A stretch of 63,284 bases of DNA, counting the filler, from Atractiella rhizophila (lineage: Eukaryota): NCBI GenBank assembly GCA_021432655.1. It is 23 parts of 23 records of this genome, joined end to end, with 100 filler letters (N's around TTAATTAATTAA, not from the genome) between each part and the next. Parts side by side here need not be neighbours in the genome. Positions count along the whole stretch, not along the records: positions 11,219 to 13,912 come from MU272635.1; positions 14,013 to 16,704 come from MU272636.1; positions 16,805 to 19,489 come from MU272637.1; positions 19,590 to 22,261 come from MU272638.1; positions 22,362 to 25,028 come from MU272639.1; 18 more parts are not named here. One strand, 5' to 3'. Position 1 is the stretch's first letter. Every line of letters begins with the position of its first letter. Position numbers and translations under genes: made by a program. Below, piece after piece: positions 11,219 through 24,168 of this stretch. The notes beneath the pieces were generated by a model, which did not search any database, was not told where the DNA came from, and saw only the letters and a program-made list of their open reading frames with translations.

Positions 11219-13912
11219 AAAGAATGACGCCAAAGTCCCGATTGCGTCCAAACTCGATCCCGGTGCTCCTATCAATGAGGATACGAACGCGCCGCGCATG
11301 CTCACAAAATCGGAGAAGGAGAAAGCAAAGAAAGAACGCGACAAGGTGATACTTCAGGCTTCTCGCTTATCTTCGTGTAGAAAACTCACCATTTGGTCAG
11401 GCCAGAAAAAAGGCTCAAGCGGCTGCAAAAAAGGCAACAGGCGCCAAATTAGACGACGATGTACCCCAAGGAGAACCGAGTGCCCAGCCTGAACATGCCA
11501 AGGCGGAAGAAGAGAATCAGGGCGAGGAAGAAGCTGAAGCGGAAGGCACAGAAGGGGGTGACAAGAAGAAGAAGAAGAAGAAGAAGGGAGCTGCGAAGAA
11601 GGAGGAAGACGTGACGCCATCATCAACTGCCAAAGGCGGCAAACAAAATGCCAAAATTTCCGCCCTTCGCGTGAGGTCCCTTACCCTCCGCATGAAAATA
11701 CTGACCATCAATCAGGCTCTCGTGGAGCAACAACAGAAAGCGCGGGCGGAACAGCTAGCGAAGGAGGAAGAAGAGCGCAGGTCTGCCTCCTCATGTAAAG
11801 TTATGATTAGATATTAATGCTCCAGTAGGCGTATTGAAGAGGAAGAGCGACGCCGTGAGGAGGAAGAGCGACAGAGAGAAGAAGCGAAGCTACGAAAGAA
11901 GGAGCGAGAGAAATCGAAGCGAGAAGAGCTAAGAAAAGCCGGAAAGTTACTTACTCCGAAACAGAAAGCTGAGGAACGAGCTCGTCAACAGCGGCTGGAG
12001 GCATTGAAAGCATCTGGGGTTGTCATTGAAGGATTGCAAGCTGCCAGTGACCAAAAGAAGCCTGTATATGGGAAGAAACGCATTAATAAAAAGGCTCAGA
12101 AGGATGAAGGGAACGAAGCAGAGCCAAGTGCCAGGGACGTGGCGCCAGAGTCTGCCCAAGTTGAGAAAGCAGATGGAGATGAAGGAACAATCCAGGACTC
12201 AAGAAAGGCTGAGAGTGAAGTAAAAGACAGTTGGGATGCTCCTAGTGAAGACGAGGGTGTAAAGGACACTTGGGATGCTTCAAGCGCGAGTGAAGAGGAA
12301 GGTGTGTCTGTTTGTTGCACAAATCAGAGCTATCCGAAGATCCTCGATTTTAGATCCTCAGATCGGGGTGGTGTCTGCCGACAGGGTGGATCAAACAAAC
12401 GGACGCGTAGCTTCTCCCAGGCTACCTGGGCACGATATCCACGCTCCCTCGACCCCAGCTTCTCATATTAAACCCACGGGAGACAATGTCACAGAGTCAG
12501 AATCAGGAAGTGACACCGATGAAGAATCATCGGAGGATGATGAATCGTCTGAAGTGGACTCGGAAGAGGAAAAGCTGACTGCAACTCAACGTCAACTCCT
12601 GAAACGAAAAGAGGAGGCAGCTGCAAGACGAGCGAAACAACATGAAGAAGCGTTGGCTGCTCGATCAAAAGACAACCTTCGGAGCCCAATATGCTGTATA
12701 CTTGGTCACGTCGACACGGGAAAGACAAAGCTCTTGGACAAAATCAGACAAACAAACGTTCAAGAAGGCGAAGCTGGTGGTATCACGCAACAAATCGGTG
12801 CTACTTATTTTCCCATCGAGAACATACGGGCAAAGACGTCTGTGCTGAAGGTGGGGATCTTATTTGAACATCTTTGAACATTGAGTGTTAATGAAATGTA
12901 GAATGACACGACGAACTACAATCTGCCTGGGCTTCTGGTTATTGACACCCCGGGGCATGAGTCGTTTACAAATCTCCGGTCCAGAGGAAGCTCTCTATGC
13001 AATATCGCCATCCTTGTTGTCGACATCATGGTGAGATTTCTCGATTGTTCTGCACATTTCTCTGACTTTCCCTTAGCACGGGTTGGAACCCCAAACACTC
13101 GAATCCATTCGCTTGCTGAAGGATCGAAAAACGCCATTTGTTGTCGCTCTTAACAAAATTGATCGCTTGTACGGCTGGGAGCCCACTCCCGATGGTGGTT
13201 TCCAAGACTCCCTTGCGAAACAGAAACCTTCCGTCCAACGCCTTTTCGAAGATGGCTTGAACAAAGCCAAACTAGCGTTTGCCGAACAAGGGCTTAATGC
13301 TGTCGCTTATTATGAGAACAATAATTTTTCTCGCAACGTGTCTCTTGTGCCAACATCCGCTATCAGCGGGGAAGGAATTCCCGATCTTCTCATGCTTCTT
13401 TGCAAGCTCACGACTGAACGTATGAGCGACAGGCTCATGTATCTATCGGAACTTGAATGCACTGTTCTAGAGGTCAAGGTTGTCGAAGGGCTAGGAACAA
13501 CAATCGACGTGGTTCTTAGCAATGGCGTTCTCCATGTTGGCGACCGCATAGTTCTATGTGGTCTTACAGGAGCAATAGCAACAAATATACGCCAACTGCT
13601 CACTCCACAGCCATTGAAGGAACTACGAGTCAAGGTAAGCTGCTCAATCAATCAGCCACTTCTTTGAGGATTGTCTGAAATACCCTGCAGGGACAATATG
13701 TTCATCATCAATCAATAAAAGCGGCGATGGGCATCAAAATTGGCGCGCCTGACCTCGAAAATGCAATCGCTGGTTCAAGGTTGTTGGTAGTAGGAAAGGA
13801 CGACGATGAGGATGATTTAAAGGATGAAGTGATGGCCGACCTCGCGAAACTACTGAACTCCATAGACCGGTCCAAAAACGGCGTGTGTGTGCAGTCCTCA
13901 ACCCTTGGATCA
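11219..13912 (+). CDS. FUN12: Translation initiation factor eIF5B (IF2 homolog), internal fragment
   Basis: [96 protein letters not shown]. Confidence 0.98.
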
Positions 13913-16611
13913 NNNNNNNNNNNNNNNNNNNNNNNNNNNNNNNNNNNNNNNNNNNNTTAATTAATTAANNNNNNNNNNNNNNNNNNNNNNNNNNNNNNNN
14001 NNNNNNNNNNNNCAAAAAGCAAAAGCAACACTTGGGAGCACTCCGGCCTACTTGCCAAAACAAGTAAGCACCTGTTCATGGAAGAGGCTTGGAGATCTGG
14101 TTGGACACTACGTGATGCCGGGGAAGATTTTCATACTCACTTCCCACCTGCACCAATCGTCCATCTCGGTGCACCGTGCACCCTGAAAGCTTGGAGTAAC
14201 TCTTTCACATTTTCAACTGCAGGCCGATCAGTACCATCTGGCTAAATCGAGCACACTGGAGGCTTCCAGCCTTAGACTCGGACCAAACCAGAAAAATAGC
14301 CGTGCACCTGCGGGACAAGTCAGCTCCTCCTTGTCAGCGCGTTGCTCCTTGCGCCGTTGGTATGATCATCCATAAAGCAAGCGAAGCTGTTGAAGACGTT
14401 TGCCCACCACAACTTCTCAATCTGATCGAATTCCGGAATCAAAACGGGATGAGGATCTCGTCTAGCTTAGAAGAAGGCAGAATGTAGTAAATGTTGATAA
14501 GTTAACAATTACTAGAACGGCGTCGATTCAAGTTGATATCCCCAGTTGTCGTCGTTGCTCTCCATGTTAGCAGGGTCATCCATTGTGAGAGGCAAGAGTG
14601 GGAGACGGGAGACGGGAGCAGAAGAGACAATTGAATGCTTCCGTTCCTCTCGATACAGCCTGCCTTCTGGAATGCAAAGAAATTAGCAAGTTACGACCGA
14701 AGAGGTATACAAGGAGGGACTGGAAACATCAAGCCAATTTCGGGGAAGATTGGTGACGCCACTCTCAGCAGAGAATCTCTAGGGACAAAGTATGTGGACA
14801 TTGACTTGGACAGCTCCTTTTCGCAAACACCTGTAATGATTCTACTAACAATCTCATTCTTTTATTACAGTTGAGCCCAAGATGTTGCTCTCGCTCGTTT
14901 TACCACAGAAAAAAAATCCTTTCTCGCTATATAGCTGCTCATCAGAAAGCAACCGCGTTGCCGACCTAGGGTTCCCGAGAAAACTTTGCCTTCCTGCAAA
15001 GAATATAGTTTTCAGGAAGAGCGCACAGGCCATAATGGCCGAGTCGTGCAGACCAAAATTGACTCCTGTAACTGTCAAGAAGAAACGGAAGCAGGCGCTA
15101 ACGCTGAATATCACGCACATGGATTCCCTCTCCTAAAGAAGCAGGGCATACATTTATCGCTCCAGTGAAAGAAGGACGGAAAGAAGGACTCACGCACCCT
15201 GCACCAGACCCATATCATGATTCTTGTGAAGTCGTTTTCAGGCTGTGAATGAAGAACTTGATTTCATTGGGAGCGTCATGCTCCAGTGCAACCATCCTCC
15301 TGATTCTTAAGTGTTCTAATGCTCATATCAAGTTCTTCTTTCCTTCCCACCTGATAACTTTCAAATCTGTCATTTGATTGACCACAAATCACTTCCATCT
15401 CATCCCAAAAATGACAGCGGGAATCACGATTGTGTCTCCAGAGCTTTCTAGGCACTGACGAGTTCAGGTGTATCCTGGATGCGGAATACGAAAAGCGCCT
15501 AAAAGACGAAATTGTTCCTCAACCTGGTGGTCGATACGGCCGCGGAAACAGATGCTGCGGATATCATTCTGATACGAAATCACCAACCCCAACCCCGACC
15601 GCGAAATTGGTCCTTCAAACAGGCCAGACGAAACAGGACGTGCTTCAACCCCGTTGTAACCACTTCCAGTTCCTCCATCCTTGCCCGAGGGTCACAGGCG
15701 TACTTTATAGTTATCTTGCTTGGGCAGAGAGAGCAACAAGGCACGCGGAATTTGCACGTTGCTATTTGTGCAGGTGCTTTCATTCTACTGGCGTCTTGCG
15801 ACTGATAGAATATTGATCCATAATGATCAATTGCTGTCCTTTATCAGTGTCACCTGATGCAATTATCTTGTCGTTTCTGACTTGCGGTTACTATCACTTC
15901 CGCTGAAGATGTGGAAGGTTGTTGCCCGAGGTCACGTCGAGGAAATATTCAGATCGCACAACTGTTCTCCGATGCAGTTTTCTTCTCAGTCTTTTCAAAA
16001 TTTCGTGTTCCGTCCTCTAACTTGTGATGAATTGATCAGGATATTTGATGAAGAGTCAAGTTTTCGCCTCGGTTGAGATTGCTCAAGGTGAGCGGTCTGC
16101 GCGATACCCGTGAAAGCTACAACGAAGAAGCTTTCAACCAGTTCTCTTGCTCACGGAGCCTGTTGTCTCCTGCAGTTTCGTCTGCTCTTAGCGTGTTGTT
16201 TATGCAGGTTTGTTGATCAAACGAGAGGAACAAGAGCTTCCGCCGCTGTCTTCTGGATCGACATCTAAGGCACCTAACGCGTTATGCGTTGCTAATTGAA
16301 GTCAAAGAAGGTTTTGTCGATATTTTGCAAAAAGCTCTTCTCTGTCGCTTCTCGTGCCAACGGTTGAGGCAACCAGCGGTCGTGATTCAAATGTTCACAT
16401 GTTTGCACACGTCGGGGGTTAATTTACGGCCTTATCCTGCGACTCAGCTCCGAGCTTAGCATCACTCTCTACCTACCAACACCATAAATACAAGAATGAG
16501 ACCCTTTCTGCAAACTTTTTTTTCTTCCCAACAATCGTTTTGTTCATCCCCTGTCTGAGAAAGGACTCGAGCAGAGTGAGATCTACCCGTGGAGCATACG
16601 TTTCAGCAGCA

Positions 16612-16704
16612 ATGGCCACGCCAGGAGCCGTCCCTTCGTTCCTCCCTCTTGATGCCAAAACCTACAACGACAATGTCCTTCCCATTGTCATTGTAAGTTA
16701 CAGC
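16612..16704 (+). CDS. Possible first exon of an unknown gene at the contig end
   Basis: ATG...MATPGAVPSFLPLDAKTYNDNVLPIVI followed by a GTAAGT donor. Too short to identify. Confidence 0.3.
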
Positions 16705-16804
16705 NNNNNNNNNNNNNNNNNNNNNNNNNNNNNNNNNNNNNNNNNNNNTTAATTAATTAANNNNNNNNNNNNNNNNNNNNNNNNNNNNNNNNNNNNNNNN
16801 NNNN

Positions 16805-17124
16805 CCGACGAGTTTCTTCTTGGAGATCCAATAGATCCTCGTGGCGTAGAGACGGAGGATGTCCCACTCGAGACGCCTGAGGAAGATGCCGGAGAGGACG
16901 TTGGAGAGCTGGAGCTGAGGCACGGGCAGCGACGGATGGGAGCAGCACGGACACACGCCCGAGGTCTCGTATGCTTCTACCCCGTCTTCGTCCTCTGCTG
17001 TCCCGTTCGCGTAGCCGTTGGCAGCCAATGCGCCGTTCGTCTTGGTGCGAAGTTGGGTGCTGGCGCTGCCGGAGGAGGTCGCGGGCCGTCTGCGGGTGGG
17101 CGCCTTGCCGCGTGGTCTAGTCAT
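16805..17124 (-). CDS. Unknown protein, N-terminal fragment
   Basis: GC-rich ORF MTRPRGKAPTRRRP...CPCCSHP...LRRLEWDILRLY open to the contig edge. Confidence 0.55.
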
Positions 17125-17340
17125 GACTACGATAAATAGTACAGAGAGAAGGACAGGCAGAGGGAGTAGATGGCACTGTGCAGTAAGCTGAGCAGAAATC
17201 GTCGTCCAAAAGGCACCGCATTTATGTGTTGCGAATGCCCATCTTCAATTTGAAATGGACAAGCCAGATCAGATACTCCACTGTTTTGGTCTTCAGGGGT
17301 CTTCTTCTTATCCACCAACATCCTCGCCTATTCCTACTTG

Positions 17341-17371
17341 TATTCTCATCATATTCTCGTCATATTCTCAC
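17341..17371 (+). repeat. Three tandem copies of an approximately 11-bp unit directly before an ATG
   Basis: TATTCTCATCA-TATTCTCGTCA-TATTCTCAC, then ATG at 17372. Confidence 0.7.
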
Positions 17372-19478
17372 ATGGCGCACAGGATACTCCCACTCAACAT
17401 TCACAAGTCCTTTCGCAACTCGCTCATCCTCATCGACGAAGACACTGGCGAGATACAAGTCCTCAAACAGGGCATCAAAGACCTCGCCAGCTCACCCACC
17501 GATCCCATACCTATACCTCCAGCAACAAACGCGAAGACGCCATCATTGGATCCTCCTACAGGACTAGCGAAGGCGGATGGCATAGCGTTTGGGCTGGATG
17601 TGAGCGAACCAGAGCATGTACTCAGCGAAAGGGAGGCCCATTCGCCCCTCACGCCCGTCAATGAACGTGTGGACCACATCGCTGCTCTCTTGACTCCTCT
17701 CTATGCACCGTACGATGGACCGCCAGATCCTAACGATCCTCATTCCCATCCTGATCCTGAGGAGGAGGACGGGGGTGAGAAGACTCTAGGTTCGACCGTG
17801 AAGAAGGCGATCAGGTTTGGTGCGGAGTTGCACCCGTCGGATGACGATGTTGAAGAGGAGATTTATCAAGATTTTGGAAGCTCGAAGGACAAGGAAAAGC
17901 TGGAGGCGGCGCTGAAGGTCATTGATGAGCGCTTGTTGGAGGGAGATGACGAGGCATATCAAGTCCCAGGTGCGTCCCATGATATCCTTTTCTGCATGGG
18001 GAGAGAATGAATAATAAGAAATGCTCGTAGGGGAGGCAACCACTCCAGCACAGAATCAAAAGCAGAATGTACCACAAGTCGCGGCTTCTGCTATTTTCAC
18101 CACCGCTGCAACACCAGGCCAGACTCTACAACAACGCCTTCCCCAAGACATGTCCCACCCTGTAGATCCTTCACAGGTCTACCTCCCTGAATCTGTCCTG
18201 CTCACCTCCTCGCACGAGAGAGACGGTACCATCTTACCGTCAGACTCTGCCTCCCAGTTCTACACCCGCCTCCTCTCTCCATCCCCTCCTTCTCACCCTC
18301 AACATCCGCAACATCCGCAACATGATGAGCATTTGTATGCACACGGAGATGGAGATGGGACGCATTCCAGGGACCCTTCGAACCTCCTCCCTACTCCTAG
18401 CAAGCTCTACAATCCCTACTCCGCTGCCAATAGCGAGGTGCATCAATTCCGAGCTGCACCAGACATCGACGCTCCTGCGCCGCCTGTCAAAGACAGCCGG
18501 CTCAACGTCATCATGCATTCTCTCCCTCCTGCTGTAGAGTCTGGCGCGATCGAGAAGGAGGAGGAGGGAGAGGAAGAGGAGGGACCGAGGAAGCCAGAGA
18601 AGGACTTGCCACACGAGAAAGAAAGATGGGAGATGCCGCGCGCGATGGCTGTTGGGAATCGACTTGGAGAAGTCGCTCCCACCCTTCCCGGTCGACGACA
18701 AGAGGAGTCCATTGACAGTGGCTATCCCTCGCACATGGAGCCATTCGACGAGGGTGCGCTCCGCGGCCCTCCCCCTGCCCTTCCCTCCAAGGTCCACCAT
18801 GCCTCTCACTCTCGAGTGCCAACGGAAGCAACGGATGTGGATCCCAAAGGGACGTGGAAGACCGCTCCCTCCTTCGTCGGCGAAGAGGACGACGGAGAAG
18901 AAGACGCCGTCCTCCTCCCCTTTCCCCCTCCCACTCCTCCCCGCTCCACCACTTCAAGCTCAGGACCGAACTCGCTCCCCCGCTCCCGCGTCGCTTCCTC
19001 CCAACATCCTCTCTCCCTCCCCAAAGAGCCAGCGGCGCCATACGCCTACCCTCCGCGATCGTACATCCAAGGAGGCGTCCTACTCGACTTCCTCGCGAAC
19101 GGCGACATCGTCGCTAAACCCATCGACGAAGAGGAAGCGGAGGGGGGGAGGTGGAAGGGCAGACAGGTGCTCGAGTTTGGAAAGTGGGCGGCGAGCGGCG
19201 TGGCGGGTGGAGTCTGGGGCGTCGTCGGTGGTGTCGTGTCGGGTGTGGGGGGTGCTGCGTCTTGGTTGGGAACGTGGATTTGGAGCTCGGCGGAGAAGGA
19301 GGCGAAGCGGGTTGATGAGGAGGCGAAGAAGAGGGAGGGCCAGCAGAGGGGGTTTGTGGAACAGGAAGTTAGTAGGTTGAATAAGAATAAGAGAGTGAGC
19401 GTGGTTTATTTTGATGGGAGGGGAATGGGGAGGAGAGTGTTTGTTCCTGGAGAGTGGGAAAGTAGGGGCTTCCTTTGA
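17372..19478 (+). CDS. Hypothetical Pro/Ser-rich protein (2 exons), weak resemblance to fungal spartin/senescence-domain proteins
   Basis: Two long ORFs joined by an intron at about 17970-18030. N-terminal RNSLILIDEDTGEI and a C-terminal Gly-rich amphipathic stretch. The family resemblance is by eye only. Confidence 0.65.
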
Positions 19479-19589
19479 TTTTTTCTTTGNNNNNNNNNNN
19501 NNNNNNNNNNNNNNNNNNNNNNNNNNNNNNNNNTTAATTAATTAANNNNNNNNNNNNNNNNNNNNNNNNNNNNNNNNNNNNNNNNNNNN

Positions 19590-22210
19590 GTGTCGCTTCG
19601 GCCATTTCCTCCTTTGCCTTCTTCAACTCCTGCTGTAAGTTGGTTACAAGATCCTCATCGGCAGATACAGCTTCCTCAAGGTCTCCAATGATGTCCAGCT
19701 CGTTGTAATCTACGGTATTAATATAAATAGCTTGCTAGATCATCAAGAAATTGGAAAAAACAAACCTTCAATCTCCTCGACGGTTTGTGTCTCCAACTCA
19801 TCTTGTCTTCCACCTTTTCTCCGTTGAAATTCTTTCCCTTCTCCTTTCTCTCTCTTGTTGTAAGTGGTCCATCGCTTGATCACGACCAATTGCTTGAGCT
19901 TGGAGACTGTAAGAGGGTTGCGATCTCGAGTATGAATGCGACTGAGAACAGAAAAGGTACTTTCAACAACCCCAGCGTGTGGAACCACGCTGAAGATGCG
20001 AATGGCGACGGAAATGAGTGGATATTGCGATGGAGGAAGGGCCAATTCCTCCCAATACTTCAGGGCATTAAGGGAGGTTTCCGCAAACTTCCCCTCAAAG
20101 TTATGATACTCGTCAACATTGTCGCAAAGAAGGGCGGAGGCTTTGCTGGAAAGTTTCCAGCGCTCCGCAAGTTGAAGTAAGAAGCATTTGACATCGGTGA
20201 GGTTGCGAGAGTTCGCTACGCGTCGGGAGATGGCGATTCCACGGCACATTGGATGAAGGTAAAGGGCGACGAAAAGGAGGTCGGAATCGATGGCGTGGAA
20301 CCGGTTCTTGAAACACGAAACTGCATACTCAACGAATAAGTTCTCCCAGCCGATATCGGGGTCTTCCTCTTGCTCCAAATCCATTTGATCGAAGTGCTTT
20401 GCAAGACAAAGCAGCTCAAGTGCAACGTCAGCTAATGTGCAGTTGGACCTCTCCAGCTTTCCAATCGTATCAACTACAGGACCGACAATACGGAGAAGGA
20501 GCTTGTTCTCTGGGAAGAAGGAGATACGACGCAGTGAAGTGGGGACATCGGCATTGATACCCGTTCCCTTGCGATCTGTTGCCTCTGAATGCATGCTAAT
20601 CTTTCCAAAAGCAGACCTAATACCAACATTTACATTAGTGGATCTGTGAGTAAGTGAAAAGATAGACATCATACTCGTGACCAATAAGAGCACGGAGGAG
20701 ATGTCCAATATAGTACCATCTTGTTGCGACTTCACTTCTCAAGCCACGGGTAACATTCTCAAGCTTGCGTATGTCGTCTAATCTGGCTTTCCACATATGA
20801 GAAGTTGAAAAAAAGCGAATAATAGCAGAATTTTCTTTAATAAGTGTGGAAGCTTCAACAAAACTACAAATATCACGGATCAAAAGAGCGAAGTGATGCA
20901 GAGAACACGGCCCAATAAGCAATGAAGGATGTTCTTTCTCAAGATCTGCCCGTAACTTTACCATTGTAGAAGGTGAATCGGTAAACAGAGAAGAAACAGC
21001 GTCCCAACTAACTCCAGCTCTAACAATTGATTCATTAACAAACTGTTGCAGACAGGAAGCAGTATGACGGACATCACTGAGATCTTGGAGCTCGAGGATA
21101 ATAGGATCATGCCATTTTACCGTTGCAAGTAATAGGTAAATGGATCTCTTCTGCTGATCTTCCCATCCGTCAAGGCCAAGACTGATGTTGTCAGCTGTCT
21201 TTAGAATCTCTATGTTTTTCTTTTGAATGTCAGCATAGAGCTCTGTTAACAGATCTGTTCTGAATGCTGTTTCTTCAAGCATGCTATAGTTTGGTTGAAT
21301 ACTATTCACCCATCAGTGAAAGAATGGGTTATTAACAAGTGAAAATGATACTGAAGTGCCTATCATTCCATGGAGCAGTCTCTTGTCATGCATCCGGGCA
21401 ACAGATTTTGGAAAGGGGTCAATGACAAGAAGGCTGCCCCGAACAGAAGGAGTGTCTTTTGCTTTTTTAAAAAGTGAACGGGATGACTTTGATTGAGATC
21501 CCTTTGAAGAAACTCGCTGCGCAGAATCTGGCAGAGATAGAAGAGGTAGAACTCCCGCCTGAAATTCGTTGTGAGTCTCGGAAACTGGGGCTTGAGTAAT
21601 TTCGATAATGTCTGGATCCAAATCCAAAGTCGCATCTCCAACGCCGTGCATCGTAATGAAGTTGACACAATATTCCCGATCTTCTGGGCTGATCTTCAAA
21701 CAACTGTTGGCCAGGTGTTCTTTGACAATGCTTGTCCGACTCTCGAATTCTTTGTTGCATGCTTTACATTTGATGCGGTCTACAGGAAACCCAAGGTTAC
21801 ATTCCATTCTATTACCAAAGTTCTGCTGGTAACTCACAGCGATTGTTCTTGGGATTCTGGCAAACACGAAGGAAATATTTTGCAGTGAGTGGATACTCTT
21901 GTTTTGGCATTCTCGTAACGGGGTCGATTCTAAAAGAACAACGTGAGACAAAACAATTACAATAAAAATAGAGCGCCTCAAAAAAATTTCAAAGTTAAGC
22001 TCAAAATTAAGCTCCCAAAACGGCATGGCAGCTAACCGATGTGGCCGCCTGGCAGAACAATGGCAGAACAAAAAAGTCGCCGTGGCAGAACGCTGGCAAT
22101 ACCTTTGGCAATACCTTAATGGCAGAACGGTAAGGTATTACCCCGCACGCTAATTAGGACACCCATTGGCGGCTGTTAAAGGCAGAGGATCTGTGCCATC
22201 CCCCAAACTA
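19590..22210 (-). mobile_element. hAT-superfamily DNA transposon (BED finger, DUF659 core, hAT dimerisation domain), with a premature stop; 5' terminus visible
   Basis: ATG at 21910. KCKAC...EHL...C BED finger, LGLDGWED, FTDSPSTM, CSLHH, TRW, ALYLHP, YW...LISVAIRIFSVVPHAGVVESTFS. In-frame TGA at 21313-21315. Terminus reads TAGTTTGGGGGATGGCA from 22210 on the minus strand. Confidence 0.92.
22050..22139. repeat. Subterminal repeats of the hAT element
   Basis: TGGCAGAAC at 22050, 22061, 22083 and 22120. TGGCAATACCTT at 22094 and 22106. Inverted AAGGTATT at 22132. Confidence 0.8.
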
Positions 22211-22361
22211 TTGATCTGCATTACCCCAGACACCTAAAGAAACTTGAAGAAGCAAATGGCTNNNNNNNNNNNNNNNNNNNNNNNNNNNNNNNNNNNNNNN
22301 NNNNNTTAATTAATTAANNNNNNNNNNNNNNNNNNNNNNNNNNNNNNNNNNNNNNNNNNNN

Positions 22362-23826
22362 TACCTCGCTTCCAGCTGCACCACGTTGATGTCCTCCTTG
22401 AATTCTCCTGCCAGTATTTCCATCACAATGATCCCAAATCTCTCCTCCCTCCCAAACCTTTCCTCCACTCCTTCAAAGCTGCCATAAACTTTAGGAATGT
22501 ACACTCCCTGCAGACCAGAAAGCCGCTCATACGCCTCTACTTCTCGTCGAAAGTAGTCCATATTAGTCAGACTAGGATCTTGCATCTTTCGCAAACCGTC
22601 AAAGTACTTAACGGCCACCTTTCTTTTCCCCCAGATAGCCTTGAAAGCCGTCGCGAACGCTCCCGAGCCTAGTTCGTCTGTGATTTCCAATAATTCCTCA
22701 CAGCACTCAGACTAGAGAACTACATCAGTGTAAAGAACCTAACGCGGCAGTGACGAACTGGTGTCCCTATGGCGTAAACTGGGTAAAGCTTAGAGTTGAG
22801 GACAGGTAAACACCATGTCCAAATCCGGCTAATTGTGGTTAACGACTGTGTGGCACAATTAGACCACTTACTCGTGTCCTTGCTCCTTGTTTGGCTATCG
22901 TGCCTTTCTTCCCATCACGATTGCGAGCCGGAAGGGTGGTTATAGTAGATCCCGACTGCGTTACTGACTGAGACACTTGAGGGGGGGGGGAAGGGTGATG
23001 GGAGACTGGAGGAAGATCCAAATTGTCCAAACACATCCCAACCATCGTCTTGATAACTCGATGTCCGACGACATCATACTGGTCGGAACACAATAGGTAA
23101 AATCCATTGGCCGTAATGACTCGTTGGAAAAACAGGAAGGATTTCCCCCGAAGAGTAGGCCGAAAGGTGCACCGTTTATAGCCATCTTTTTCCCGAGCTT
23201 GCAGATAGTGAGGAAGTGGCAGAAGGATGGAGTTAACATACTTTAGTGACTATAGAACGTGCTCCTTCTTCTGTTCCATCACCAGCAGAGTACAAATCAG
23301 TCCCGGCTCCGTTTTCGTTCTTTCCCATGGCGACAATCTCATCTCCCAAGGTAGTTGAGACGGTGACACCTTTGAGCTCGATTTGGATTTTTGTTGTCTG
23401 GTTGAGCATGAGCCTTCCGTCACTCCGGGTACCGAGGCTCGTGGGATTGCGTTCAAGGTGCAGAACAAGGAAGGTTGCATCTTTGTATGCCGCCTTTTCA
23501 GCGTCGACCCAAGAGGTGAACGCATGCGTATTAGCGATAGTTTCGTCCCCGACAGGCTTATCGGCAATATCGTCCAGATAGACAGACAATTTAATTTTCA
23601 GCTGATCTGATGCCTGTTTAGAGCCCAAAATTATGTCAGTTGCTTGGCAGACAGTTTCAAGGAAGTTTGCTTGATAGCGGATGTGGTAGGGTCTATGGAT
23701 GGCATAGGTTGACCTGAAGTTTTCAGGGCTCGTGGAGCGCGTTGGATTGATTACAGTCCGAAGTTCCGTACCGACAGGAAGTATCGCGTCGTCGAGGAGA
23801 TTCACAATGGTGATAGACATTTCCAA
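22362..23826 (-). CDS. Putative PD-(D/E)xK restriction-endonuclease-fold domain fused to a protein-kinase-like domain (3' truncated)
   Basis: RSDG...IELK followed by KMAINGAPFGLLFGG/FLFFQR. Kinase N-lobe LGSGAFATAF...VAVK...REVEAYERLSGLQGVYIPKVYG...IVME. Introns present; 1-nt frameshift in the homopolymer at 23142-23149. Confidence 0.7.
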
Positions 23827-24168
23827 TCTGAGTCCAGTTTCCAGTTTCTTCGACGAATGTCACTCGCTTCATGGACATTCATACCAAGCCCTAACCCTAT
23901 TGACCTCTTCTATGTAATAGCCCTGTATGGTGCAGGACGCCGAATCTAAACCTAATTTATTTTACCAAACCGTCTGTGCCATGGAGCGCACGGATGTTGT
24001 TGCTTGATTGAGGCAATGAATGGTTCCCACGTGCACGTCCATACAGATCTTCTTCCCACCATTGCTGTAATTGTGTTGTAATTGCCGCAGCAAAACTGAG
24101 TATCGGGTCACAGAGACAAAGGCTTAATTATGATTGATGTTGACAACCATGTCCCTTTCAACTCCTGA

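Noticed and set aside
20635..20735. Apparent frameshift between hAT ORFs
   Set aside because: It is resolved by a GTATGA...CTAAT...TAG intron that joins GHE to SAFGK in frame.
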